From contig RSEE01000006.1 in assembly GCA_003971905.1 (NCBI GenBank), positions 62,001-126,000 of the forward strand: a stretch of 64,000 nucleotides of DNA. The letters run 5' to 3'. A model generated the notes under the pieces. The model made no database searches, was not told the DNA's origin, and saw only the letters and a list, made by a program, of their open reading frames with translations. The translations under genes were made by a program, and so were the position numbers. Origin of the DNA: Moniliella sp. 'wahieum' (taxonomy: Eukaryota). Positions 13,551-26,478 of this stretch are shown one piece after another (positions within the stretch are counted from its first letter, which is position 1; every line of letters begins with the position of its first letter).

Positions 13551-14947
13551 TTAGGTACGCAAGAACCCCTTCTTTTTGTTTTGCCTTTGCTTTTCAGGGG
13601 TCAATGGCCGGCCCATCTCGATTCGTCGTTTGCGGTCGACCAGGTCGGCTTGCTGGCGTTCGAGTGTTCTTTCATTTGACGGTGGCGGGAGTAGAGTTCT
13701 TCTTCGGATTGTTTGAGCTTGGCCTCCTTTTCTGCGACCTTTTGTTGGAAGACGAGTTTCATCTCGTTCTCCATATTGGCCAGCTTGGCTTCGTGCAGGC
13801 CTCGTTCCTCGGCCAACTTGGCGGCCGGGTTGATCTCATTGAACACTGACTGGTCTTGGACCACACCCATGGCCAACATCTTCTCGGTACGGTACTTTTC
13901 ATAGAGATTGTTGTTGGTGTGTTCTTTAAGTTCTTCCATGTGCGTCCGGATCAACATTTGTCGCAGCTTGACAAAGTCACAGTGCTCCTCATTGTCCACC
14001 TCAATCACGCCCCAAGGGTACGCACGGCCTCGCACGCGCCGACCATCGGACGTGTCCACTTCCATGTTGGACCCACCACGGCAAAGGGAATCTGGCGCTG
14101 CGAGAGGGAGGATAGCAGAGAACATCAATACAGCACAGCGATACGTCAATCCGTCAGTCCGTCAATCCGTCAATCCGATATCCGTCAGTACGACAATACC
14201 CCACTGGGACAACAGTGCAACCCTTGACACGTACAGCAATCTCTGCATTTTCAGCATACGTCTCCTCATCGTCATTGTCGTAGATGGGGGCATGGAAAAT
14301 ATCGATTTGGTGGTAAGCAATGTCGGCGAGGATGCGCTGTTTGAACGCGGCGATTTCCTCGTCGATCAGGGTATCGGACTTGGCAATGACGGGGATAAGG
14401 TTGACCTTGGTGTGGAGGCGCCGCATGAACTCGATGTCAATAGGACGGAGAGAGTGACCGGTAGGCTGAACAAAATAGAGACACGCGTGCACCCGATTGT
14501 CTTGGAGCATAGTCCGGTTCACCCGGTTCTCCTGCTCCAGATAAGTATCGAAGCGCTGCTCAATGTTGTCCAAGATCGGTTTCCAAGCACCTTCGTTGTT
14601 GACATAATCGCCAAACCCGGGCGTATCAACCACATTCAGACGCAGCCGGACCCCATTCTCCTCAATGTCGGCGCTGATGGACTCGATGGCGACCGTCGAC
14701 GGCCTTTCGGCACCGGGCGGAGGCACGGCTTTGGCCTGGTACAAGGCTGTGTTGAAGAGCGTGTTGACCAGCGTCGACTTGCCCAGGCCACTCTCGCCGA
14801 CGACCATGCAGGTGAAGGTGAACCCTTTCCTGACGCTTTTGCGGTGAACCTGGTTGGGCAGGTTAGCAAACCCAACATACCCCGACAGCTTGGTGCGGGT
14901 CGGCTCGCGCGAGGCGGCGGGTGCCGGTAAGAGTCAATGCTGGACAT
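13551..14947 (-). CDS. CDC3: Septin of the Cdc3/AspB group; intron about 14098-14234
   Basis: [21 protein letters not shown]-loop [26 protein letters not shown], and a C-terminal coiled coil [24 protein letters not shown]. Confidence 0.92.
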
Positions 14948-15511
14948 GGCGAGCACGACGAACACGGGTGGAGTGGGGATGAGGGGGCGGGAAGGAGGGG
15001 GCGATGGAGGCAAGGGCAGAGAAAGGGCAAGGGCGAGGGGGACGGCGGTGCTGATGGGGGGAGGCAGAGGGGCGAGGTGGGCCAGAGAGCGCACCAATAG
15101 CCTCCCGCCGTCGTCGCTGCTCCACACCTACTGGGCCATGCGAGCAGCCCCCCGCGCACAGGGGCAGTGTCCCGCCCCCGCGCGTCAGCACGTGCTCTGG
15201 GCACGGCGCCAGTGCTGGGCGCTTCCCCACCCGCTGCGTTGGGACAGCAGCCGGCCAAACGCGCCTAACCCTAGCGCCCCTCCCCGCCCCGCCGCCCATC
15301 GCGTCTGCCGTCGGAACTCCGTCTCAGGACGCACCCGACACAGGACAGAACACCCAACACCGTCCTCTGGGTGAGTACCCAGTGGATCTATCTCCCCTCC
15401 GCCAGCCTCGTTTTGCTCGTCCATCCCCACCCCACCCCCGCTAGCTCCCAGCGCACACCACACGCGTGCATCCTCATCCATTCCACTTTTCCGCACGCAG
15501 GAAACACACGC

Positions 15512-16266
15512 TCAGAGTATATCGTCATCATCATCGTCCGCGCCCAGCGCTTCTTCGTTCACCGTGCCCATGCGTATGCCGAGCTCGGCATCTGCGTCTC
15601 ATGCGCATGCGAGGTGACCGATTCCCCCTCCGCCACCTCCATCCCATCCATAGGGACAGAGGCTGCCGACGATTCGGGCGCATCTGTCGCTGCGTCCGGG
15701 GTCGCCCAAGGGCGGCCGTGACGGACGCACTGGAACCACATCCTGGGTGGGTGAGCGAGGAAGGGTCAAAGGGGACGACGGGCAAGCCAGCCATGGGTCT
15801 TGCTCAAAGAGAGGGCTGAGGTAGGTTCCTGTCATGAACCGTCGGGTCAGTATGACTGTTGGCCTTGTGCTCATTTCCTCATTTCCTCATTTCCTCATTT
15901 CCTCCTCAATGATAGGTACGTACGGGGAGGAGGAGGGATCTGTAGGTCTTCCGGCATCACATGTTGCTGTTCCATGCATCATGCATCATGAGACGAGGGG
16001 GCAGGGGATAGAGAACCAACAAGAACCGGGTCAGCGCACCCAGCAAGATGAACGGCGAGTATACATACCACAACCCTGGCCCAATCCCATGTGCGCCGTG
16101 GTCACACCGGGTCTGCCTCCCCTGGGTCCATGACCACGTCCGCGTCCGCGTCCGCGTCCACCACCGCGCCATGCCCATGCCCATGTCCGCGCCCCAGTCC
16201 ACGCTCTCTGCCCCATGCCCCCGTTCTCTCTCCGGTTCGTTGCGGTGCCGAAGTGCTGTCCGGCAT
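15512..16266 (-). CDS. Small hypothetical RG/RGG-rich protein with an acidic tail; introns 15967-16068 and 15829-15923
   Basis: Canonical donors GTATGT and GTACGT, CTGAC branch points and CAG acceptors. Exons 2 and 3 splice in frame to QHVMPEDLQIPPPPRTYLSPLFEQDPW. The protein ends ...GADDDDDDIL*. Indels must be assumed in exons 1 and 3. Confidence 0.55.
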
Positions 16267-16914
16267 GGTGAGGGGGTGCAAAAGACGGGGGGGTGTTGCG
16301 ATAGGGCCACGGGGTGGCAACAGGATGGGGACGGCCTGCACAAGAAGGCTGGGGGTGATAACGGTCAACGTTGACGTTCGACGGCGTTACCAGCGACTAG
16401 TGGCCATCTTTGTCGGGGGCTCCTAGGCGGGACACTTGGGCATGCGACACGTGACCCGTTCCGCCCTGTAGCGGAACAGGCGTCCGACTACAACGGGATG
16501 ACATGTGACATGTGACAGTAGCTGCATTTTGGCCTCCTTGCGTGCATTACAAGGAACCAGTATCCTCAGGCGAATTCTGAGATGCGCTTCATGGCTACAC
16601 GTTTAGTACCAAACATCTGTCTGCCTACACATGTTGCATTCCGAGAGGTTGAAGTTCAACCGCTCCTCGTACAAAGATGAGAATCGCAGAGTGGTGTGGA
16701 ATGCATTTGCTCGGAGAGCGTCAGAAAGGGTGCATGAAATGGACACATCCTGTCGAACAGACGGCGACGAAGGAGGGGGAATTTTGGCTAGTTGTACAAG
16801 GTGGGGTTCACCACAGAGATTAAGACGCCCAACGTCGAGAGAGACACCAGGGACAGGAGAGGTGGGGGGGGGCAACAGGGAAGAGAAGATCAAACAAACT
16901 GTACCGCTTGAGGC

Positions 16915-18971
16915 TTACTCCTTCTTTCTCGGCGCCCTCGCTAGCCTGCTGCTGGCTCTCGGCGTTGCGCTTCTCGTAGATCTGCTTGAAGAGGCCGAGC
17001 GACGCCTGCTGGGTCTCGTTGATCTGTTCCCGCACCTGGTCCGGGGTGATGTCCGAGTCACCATTTTGGGCCTTGGCTGCCAGCTCCTCCGTCTCTCTTG
17101 ATAAGCTCGTTGAGCTTGTCCTTCTCCTCCTGAGGCAGCTGGTCGGCGAACTCGCCAAGAGCCTTGGAGGTCTCGGCGCACACACCCTGGGCGCGGTTCG
17201 CCTCCTCGATCAACTCCTTGCGCGCCTTGTCGGCTTCAGCGTGCTTCTCGGCATCCTGAACCATGTTCTCAATTTCAGAGTCCGACAGACCCGAGAAGCA
17301 GCCACGGTAATGTTGGCGTCCTTGCCGGTAGCCTTGTCCTTGGCGCTGACGGAGAGGATACCGTCGGCGTCAATGTCAAACGTCACCTCGATTTGAGGCA
17401 CGCCACGGGCGCGGGCGGACCACCAGGTTGAAGTTGCCAAGGAGCTTGTTGTCCTTGACCAGCTCACGCTCGCCTTGGTACACCTGGATCTCCACAGCGT
17501 CTGGCCATCGGCCGCAGTCGAGAACGTCTGCGACTTCTTGGTCGGGATGGTAGTGTTGCGGTTGATCAGACGGGTGAAGACGCCGCCAAGAGTGTTGATA
17601 CCGAGCGACAGAGGGGTCACGTCGAGGAGGAGAATGTCGGTCACTTGGCCCGAAAGCACACCACCCTGGATGAAGCGCCAATGGCAACAGCCTCGTCGGG
17701 GTTGACGCCCTTGCTCGGGTCACGCTTGAAAATGTCCTTGACGGTAGAAAGAACCTTGGGCATACGGCTCATACCACCAACCATGATGACAGCGTCAATG
17801 TCAGAAGGCTTGGCGCCAGCGTCGGCGAGGGCCTTCTTGCAAGGCTCAACCGTGCGCTCGACCAGCTTGCCAACCAGCACCTCGAGTTGGGTGCGGGTGA
17901 GCTTCTGGTTGATGTGCTTGGGGCCACTGGCGTCGGCAGTAATGTAGGGAAGCGAGATCTCGTCGACGGGGCCGACGAGAAGCTCAATCTTGGCCTTCTC
18001 GGCAGCCTCGCGGATACGCTGGATGGCCATGCGGTCGCCCGACAGGTCAATGCCAGACTCCTTCTGGAATTCCTGGACAAGGTGCTCAACAAGCACAATG
18101 TCAAAGTCCTCACCACCCAGGTGGGTGTCACCGTTGGTCGACTTGACCTCAAACACGCCGTTCTGCATCTCGAGAATCGACACGTCGAACGTACCACCAC
18201 CCAAGTCGAACACAGCAATCGTAGCCGCCTGGTCCTTGTCAAGACCGTAGGCGAGGGCAGCGGCAGTAGGCTCATTAATCACACGCAGAACGTCGAGGCC
18301 GGCAATGGTACCAGCGTCCTTGGTGGCCTGGCGTTGCGAGTCATTGAAGTAGGCAGGGACAGTAATGACAGCGTGCTTGACGGGTTGCCGAGGTAAGCAG
18401 CGGCAGTCTCCCGCGCTTACCGACAACAAACGCACCAATTTGCTGGGGCGAGTAGTTCTGGCCGCGTACCTCGAGCCAAGCGTCGCCGTTGGAGTGGGCG
18501 ACAATCTTGTAGGGACGTTCTTAATGTCCTTCTGCACCTCGGCGTCCTTGAACTTGCGACCAATCAAACGCTTGGTGGCAAACAGAGTAGCCTCGGGGTT
18601 CACGACGGCCTGGCGCTTGGCAGGCACACCGACCAGGCGTTCGTTGTTCTTGGTGAACGCAACGACCGAAGGGGTGGTACGGCCACCTCCTCGTTCTCAA
18701 TCACACGGGCTTGCTGGCCCTCCATGATGGAGACACACGAGTTGGTAGCTGTAGGTCAATAGGAGGGTTAGCATCACTTCGGTGTAACAAGGAGGAAGAT
18801 ACGCACTGCCCAGGTCGATACCGATAACAGGGCCGTTGACCTTGCTACCGGTCGAGTTGAAGCGGACCGCACCAAGGCGGGCAGCATTGAGCGGAGCAGC
18901 CGCCGTGACGGAGCGAGCGGCGAGAAGGCGGGCCGAGGGGAGCGCAGCCTGGCGAAGAGTCGAGCAAGCAT
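16915..18971 (-). CDS. SSC1: Mitochondrial Hsp70 (DnaK-type); intron about 18749-18807; frameshifted
   Basis: Arg/Ala-rich presequence followed by [54 protein letters not shown] and [16 protein letters not shown]. Confidence 0.95.
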
Positions 18972-21971
18972 GGGGACGACAGCAACGACGGACAGGTGGT
19001 GGTGGCAAAGAAGAATCGGCCTGGAGGAAGGTGCGTTTTATTTCGGCAGCCCGGAAGGCGTCGCATGGCGGAGAAAGCCATAGAACGTTTCTGCGCAGCT
19101 CGTTTCAAATTGTCGTCTCCCCCCGGCCACGGCGCCAGTGTTCATTTAGCATCGCCTCCCAGTGATGTCATCCCCCCGTTGAAAACATTCTTCTGGCCCT
19201 CCGGCCAATTCCGCCTCCGCCACCTTCGACGCCCTCCTGGAAGGGTCGATCCGAAACGGACCGCATCTGGGTTCTACTGCACTCTGCACTCACATGTCAC
19301 AAGCCACATAAGTGAACCTAGTGAATATTTCTCAGATCGGCTCCTCGTTTGCCACAGTAGCAAGTGTCCGGGAATTGAGACGAACCAGAGGTGATGGCTT
19401 TTCTCTGTTGTGGCCCCTCTGTGGCGAAGACAATATATTGCCCGGACAGGTTTCCCCTACCACCTCTGCTCTGACGATGATAGGCTCTCACCTGATACTC
19501 ATCTCGGTCCTTGGATCATATTCCTGACCCAGTCCATGAGCGATCTCAGTCTCCATGCTGCTCCACCACGCCACCGATACCGCAGCGTCGCCAATGTTCC
19601 TGTCCTTTTGTTTTGTTCTACTGAAGTCGCGAATCAGACAAAAACCATCACATTTTAGGTCCCCAGAGTCCACATCGCCAAAAGCCTCATTCCTTTTTTT
19701 TTTCTCACTGACGTGTTGGGGGCGGAGTCCATTGCACCGCAGTACACATAGCGTCCAGACACATGCACCATGGTACCAGTGCGATGAGGAAACTGTAACG
19801 ATGTGTATATTGACTGGAAATAGCCTTAGTGAGGCGGAGGGAGAAAAGGGGTGCGGGGATGGTCGTCCGTCACGCATTACGTGCAGTATGAGACACAGTG
19901 AGGCTATAAGGGCTCTATAAGAATTCGAAAGGGCACCCACCTGGCTGCCAGAGTGAAAAAGAAGTGAAAACCCATCAACAGGCTGCACTACTGCGAGTGA
20001 TTCAGTAGTCCCGCCCCGCAGGTCTCTGCGTTGTGTGCTTCGCGTGATGCGATAAATGGGGAAGGCCATCAACAGACTGGTCCTATGCTTATCGCATATC
20101 CGGCAAATTGATGTAAATGAGTATGCTGTGGGTATACGTTGACAGTAGTGCGACGGACATACTCAGTTTGCCCAGTGCAGTTGTTGCGGTTTTGTCACCC
20201 ACACGTTGATGGTCAGCGGCCAGCATTTCACCTTTGCATCGCGTGTGGGGCCTTTTAAGCGATGCGTGTGTGATGCCATGAGGTGGAAAAAGGATGCCTA
20301 AAATGCGGACTCCTCGTAGTAATGAAAGTCACTGGATGTGGACAGAGAGAGCATATGTGCCATGGAATGCACATATGCAAGAACGGACCGTCGATAAGAG
20401 GTGAGGGATACCTTTACACTTGTTGAAGACGTTGAATTAAGTTCCTCTCACCGCCACACCAGCGCCTTCTGAGGTTGGCGCACTTTTAAGCACAGGGACA
20501 TCAGTCGCCCTCCAGGTCCGCTCTGCGGCTCATCCGGTATTTGCTCTGACAGCACTTCGCACCCACATTGCAAACCAATGGCGTGCCAACCTGTGTACGT
20601 TACATGTCCACGGATGGGGCTGGTGTGGGTGGAGAGACATGTGAGCCTAAAAAAAGTCCTTTTTTTGTCGATTAATCTATTCAAGGCACGAACAACCCCA
20701 CAGGGAAAGACGCACTGTGAGGGTTATTCCGCATGCCAGTAATGAGCAACGCGATCCACTGTCCGAGGGTTGCATGGGACCTCCCATGCTTCTCTTGCGC
20801 GATGAGGGTCGGGTGGCGTACTAGTTCCTAGGCGGGGCACTGCGTCTGCTACGTAGTGGGGTAGGCGCGGGTCCAACCACTCGCAAGAGAAGACGGGGGT
20901 GGGCGAAAGGAAAGGATGGAGAAAAGGTGGTTTTCAGTATTCGGGCAGGCTCTGTTGACGAATCAGAATTCAGAAATCAGATCTCTCCCCCTGAGACGGA
21001 GAGGGGCACGTGTGACATGTGGGCGCCCAGCTGAGGCTGATAGCCAAAGCACATGGACCACGAGGCGGCGGCGGGGGGCGACCGTCGGATAATCGGTGGT
21101 GGCAAGGGGGAAAGTGGCAAGGTGGCAAGGGCGGGGCCAGGGCGGGGCGAGTGGGGTGCGGGGAGAAAAGTGAAAGGCAGGCCGCACCCGCACAAGTGAC
21201 TGCGCCGCCGCAATCCCACTGGCGCCGCGCCACGCCCTGCGGGGATAGTGCGCCCCCACCGCGCCCGTGTCAGCCCCTCGGCGCCGCCCCCCCGGCACAG
21301 CGCCCCTGTTGGTTTGCTCCGTGTCGTTTTCTTGGGGCAGGGACAGCCGCGCCCGGCCAGACACTGGCGCCATGCCCCTCCTGCGTGCTGCCGTGCGTCT
21401 TGTTCCCCGCATGGCGTCCGCCACGGCGCCAGTCTTCCGCGCGACGCTGGCGTCCAGCGGGCTGAGGAACTGGCTGCTTATAACCGCCCGTCTCTCCCCC
21501 CCCCGTCCCCACGGCTGCTATCTGTCCACCCACACCCACTGGTGCTGCGTCCATCGCCACCACCACCACCACCGCCACCACCGCCACCCCTCGGCGCATT
21601 CCTGCCCCCTCCGACTCGCCCAGCCAGCGCCCAATCGCCCCATTGCGCCCCATCGCCTCATCAGCCCCCTCCCAACACGATCACCCCCTCGGCCTCCGCG
21701 CCCCATCACCCTTTCCCAACCAAATCGGCCTCCGCGCGCCGCGCCCCCAACCGTATTTTTTATTTTTATTCGGCCCGCCGCCACCTTCTTGCCCCCCCCC
21801 CCCCACCCGCTCGTCTATTCTTCCTGCTCTCCCACCGCCTGGCATGAACGCCTCTCTTTAGGGCGACCTTTGGATCCTGCATAGCTCTCGCTGCTGTATG
21901 TCCTAGCCCTCCACCTCCGTGCTGCGCCCTGATGTTCTGACTCTCTCACTTTGTGGCACAGCTGCCTCAAC

Positions 21972-23910
21972 ATGGCCCCCATTCATACTGACTTCCACCC
22001 TGCCCCGGCCGATCGGCTGTCCTCGACACCCGACGAGGCCCTGCTACCTCCTTACGAACAGGTGGCCCGGTCTCCGGCCCCGATGTATCCCCCCAAATCT
22101 CGCCCACTCTACTCCTCTGTCGACATTCGATGGTCGGATATCTCCAACTCGGCTGCCGAGCGCAATGGCGTGGGCAGCCTGCGCGCTTTGGTCAACACAG
22201 TAGTCCCATTCACATTGTTACTCCTCCGCATTATCTCCTCCATTGTCGTTTTACTGGTCCGCCTGGCTGGCCTGTTCTTTCCCAATTGTTGGGAATCATT
22301 CATCAGACGTTGGCCAAGCTTGACAATGCGGATACGCCCGCTTTTGGCCATGGCCATCACCCCAGCATCGATGGCGAGAGCATCTCCAGCTCGGAGACAG
22401 TGTCCCACTCCAGCCGCCGCCAACGCTTCCGCGCGGCCAGCTCATTAGATGAGTCGATGAGCTTGCAACATTTACTTCGCTCCATCGTTCTCGCGACGGA
22501 GTCTACATTCACCACCATCACCATCACCACAGTGGGTATGGACTCACGCCGGAAAGCGGACGCATGGCTGCCTCCGAGAGCGCCTTGGGTTTGTCGTTCG
22601 ATTCTTCACCGGAGGATGAGCTCGAAGAGATGGATGATGATGACGACTCGCGCGAAATGCTGCGGTCGCGGAAACCCCCGCGCCGCGTGAGGAGCACGAA
22701 GAATCCCAAGATGCTTTCGCACGCAAACTAGCCCACATGGCCCTCCAGGCCCAGGCTCAGCTGGACCGCCGCTTGGCCCGGGGCGAGATTAGTGCGGATG
22801 GCACGATACTGCTTGACCCGTCGGACTTGGACCCAGATTCATCCGACGACTCGCCCACGGAGGGCGCAGGGACTACCCTGCGCCGGAAGTCGTCTCGATC
22901 ACTTCCACCGACCCGACCACGTCGCTGTCAAATGCCCCGATGACTGTGCCCATGAACGGTGCCGTCACGCGCATGCACTTCCGTCCGCCCTTGCTCACGC
23001 CTTGGGAACCGATGCTTCCAAGGGGCCCTTCCTCTCGACGAACTCTTGGCCCCTTCGTCGGTACCTCCCTCGGCCCGGCGTTCCTCTGCGCCAGCTTCCA
23101 TTCTTCGGCGCTCGATGGGGGGCAGTTCCAGGTCCGGCGGCAGCCCGGGCCTAGGCAACAGCGACACGTACCGCCTTCGGAGCAGAGTCGATGACGATCA
23201 ATGACTCTCAACAAGGGTCCTCCAGCACGGGGCGGAGGATCAAGTTGGTAGAGCCCAACTGGGAGCCGTACGTCGAGTCCCATGTGCGCGCTCGGGCGCG
23301 TGCAACTCAACACGCTACTTCAGGCGGCCCGTGCGGAACGAGGCAGCAAATCAGCTCTGCGTTCGGATTTGCGAATGCACGCTCTCTCGGTTCATGCGGC
23401 ACATACCGGCCAGCACGCTCAGTTGCCGCCCGCTCGCACACCCAAGCGCACATCTTGCGTGCCAAGACCAAGCCTCGATCGCATCTGATAAGACCGAGAC
23501 GGATAAGTTTGGTCCACGCCCATGGAACGCATCCGGTCTTCTTCGTTGCCTCGGCTGGCTCGCTGGCACGGCCTCCGTTTCGACGGCCACCTCGTCGTTG
23601 GCCCCGACGGAAGAGGAAGAAGAACGCCGTCGTTGTACTTTGAAAGCCTCTACCCTGGCACGGCGGCTAGCAAGGATTGGGACTTCCGCAAAAGCCGCAG
23701 AGTCAGGGTCCCCCCCCTGGATGTGCTGCCGACATGCTGTTGATCCCATGAGTCCGTTGCCCATGGGCTCGGATTCGGTCGCCTCGACCGACCGCGCTCG
23801 CCGTCGTTCGTCCCGCCACGTCACCGCTCTGCTTCCTCGCGCATCCTTTCCCGCCCCGGAGCGGCGTCGGCGTACTGCAAGCCCGCACCGCGGGCATGTC
23901 CACCCTGACT
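21972..23910 (+). CDS. Hypothetical Ser/Arg-rich protein with one N-terminal hydrophobic segment; frameshifted
   Basis: Starts MAPIHTDFHP...LLPPYEQ and has a hydrophobic stretch VVPFTLLLLRIISSIVVLLVRLAGLFF. Coding-like pieces continue to about 23910 and are followed by a T/C-rich 3' UTR. Confidence 0.5.
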
Positions 23911-26478
23911 AACCCACCGAGGGAGGACAGCCCGGAGCAAACCAGTCGGCACCGCCCACCACCACAGGCCGTCACCACCGTCGCCACTAAGTGGTTCCTT
24001 TCCATTTTTTTATACCCTCTCCCCTCTCACACTTGCATGCATTGCGTACTACGTTGTTCTCGTGCCATTTTAGGGGACTGCTTTGTGGTGTTGCTACCGT
24101 CAAAGCTAATTGTTCAACCTGTTTTACCCTCCTCCCCTCACCCTCCTCGCACCAGTCTCCCTCCCCCCCCCCCCCCCCCCTCAACCCCGCGTAAGTTTTG
24201 CTGTATTGTATTACCGGTGCATTGCCCATTTGCCCACACATTTGACCCGTATCAATCGCCCCTTTCTTTTTCTCTTCATCTTTAAAGGCTTTGCCTTCTT
24301 CGTGTGCATTACCCATGTGCTCGTTTTCCTGTAATACGTGCGTTCTGGCTTCTACACGCCCGCCATGCGCCCCAACGAACCTTGCAATGCAACGTAACGC
24401 ATAACGCAAACGCACTGACGCTGATACGTGCCCGGCGCGAGATGCCGCTGATCGTGCGCTAACTTATAGCAGGGAGCGGCCCCAAGTGAAGCTATCGATA
24501 ACGAGAGTACTACGGGTCTAGTAGCCGGTGGATGGGCAAGGCCCTGCGGCCCACCTTTTCCCCACGTCACGTCGCATCCGTATCGCTGCGCCGTACGGTT
24601 TCCGACACGCCATCGAGGTCATCCGGTGTCGGGCCTGAGCCTGAGGCCCGGAGGCTCCTATGTGGCGTCCTGTGCGTCCTCTGGGCTCGTCCTACTTCGT
24701 TCGTCCTCCGTTGTACCGCCGCCACCTGTCACACTGTCATGAGCACGTCCTTTTTGGTATACTTCACTTCACGCGCCACGTCTGAACTGGTGAGTACGTC
24801 GATGTACCGGTAACTTCACTAGTCACTATAGTCACTGGCTTCCACAGCGTCAAGCTTCAGGCATCCTTTGGGCCTTAGGCCTTAGGCCCGATGTCGGGCG
24901 GCAACAAGGCTAATGAGGGAGCGGAGCACAGCCGCTTGGTACGAATGTCCAAGCGACGGCCATTCCCAGTCTTCCCCAACCCCCAGCCCCCAGCCGCTAC
25001 CCAGCACTCTTCCCGCAGAGAAAAGCTGAGCTGAGGCTGAGACCTTGATGTTGAGAACTCATCTTCTGGCTACACTCTGGGTTCTGAGTTCTGAGTTCCG
25101 AGTATTTGTACTGGATCTAAGAGACTGAGCGAGTGAGTACTGCGTGGGCTTGCGCAGCGAGCATCTCCGATCTCAGCTCCTTTGTTACTCGGTTCTAAGA
25201 GATTTTCCGATTGCAACCAACACTGCTCTCAGTCTGAGTTCAATCATTAATCAACGTTGAGTTCAACGTTAAACAGCTCAGAAGGAAAAACATAAAAGTA
25301 TAGCTTGTTGGATCGCAGTGCGGCGCCTAACGCCCAACTTTGTCCCCTACTTCGTACCTGGGCAACACACAAACAGTGGGCACAGAGCTAAAAAGCGCGC
25401 TGAGCACTCAGGTTGAGCTCAGCCTGCGTGTTGAACCGTTGAGCCACAGAGGTGCGTACATAATAGCTGCGAGGGAATGGCCCATGCAGCATTGGCCAAT
25501 CGCCACAATCGGCACGCGAACACCGCCCATAGATCGATCCTCGATCCGGCGTCGCTGATGTGGGTTGGCAGGTATTCTCATGCCTTGTGACACGACTGCT
25601 CATATATCGGAAGAATACAAAGACAACTCCTCCAACCAGAGCGACCCCAGGATACTATAGGCAACCAACGAGGAGAGGTAAAACGAACCGCATGCGTGAC
25701 TGCAGGACCATCCAATGCCGGTGGGTGGAAGACTTAACAACGCTAGAAGACATAGAGGAGGGAATGTGGTCGGAGAAGACTCAGGCAGAAACACAGGTCG
25801 ATTGGACCGTGCTGTATAGGAGAGACGACTGACGGAATCGTGGTTGATTGCATAACCGAATGGCCTGCCCTCTGGAGCCTCCCTCAGAGAGACATCTGTA
25901 CGCTTCGGCTCACGCGTACTTAGTCAATGTACTGCCGAGCAGGTCTGCTCTCTGGTGCCTCCCTCAGAGAGACATGGGCTCACGCGTAGTCAGATATGGT
26001 CTGGTGCCTGGGACACAGCTGGCTGTCAGGATGACATGCCGTTGCGGTTATGCCGCTACTACGAAGTCCAACAGTTAGGCCGATGGCGGCGAGCTTCGCT
26101 TGCACAACCCACGGTCAGGCAGTACACTGCTAGAGCCTGCCTTGCTGTGTCAACCCCTTTTATAATCAGGAAATGGTCAGGGACGAGGTATAACAACAGG
26201 TTCTATGCCAAGGAATCTTGAGCTTGACCCCTTTTGTCCTTCCCCTGACCATGGTGCTCATTGAGGGCAAATGAAGCGTACCTAACGCGATGCATTTCTA
26301 TAGCCTGGTCTCCATTCCCAAGTAGAACTCGTCTTCCTGCTCGGTGCCAGGGCGAAGGTGGATGTTGTGTGGAGAGATGGGGAGTTGGTCAAGGTTACCC
26401 GTGATTGGAACTTTTGGAGTCGTGGGACATGTGACATGTGACTGACTGCGTTTGCCGCGTACTGGATGGAAACCCAAT

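Noticed and set aside
19075..19335. Heat-shock elements upstream of SSC1
   Set aside because: GAA/TTC pairs are present, but their spacing does not match nGAAnnTTCn
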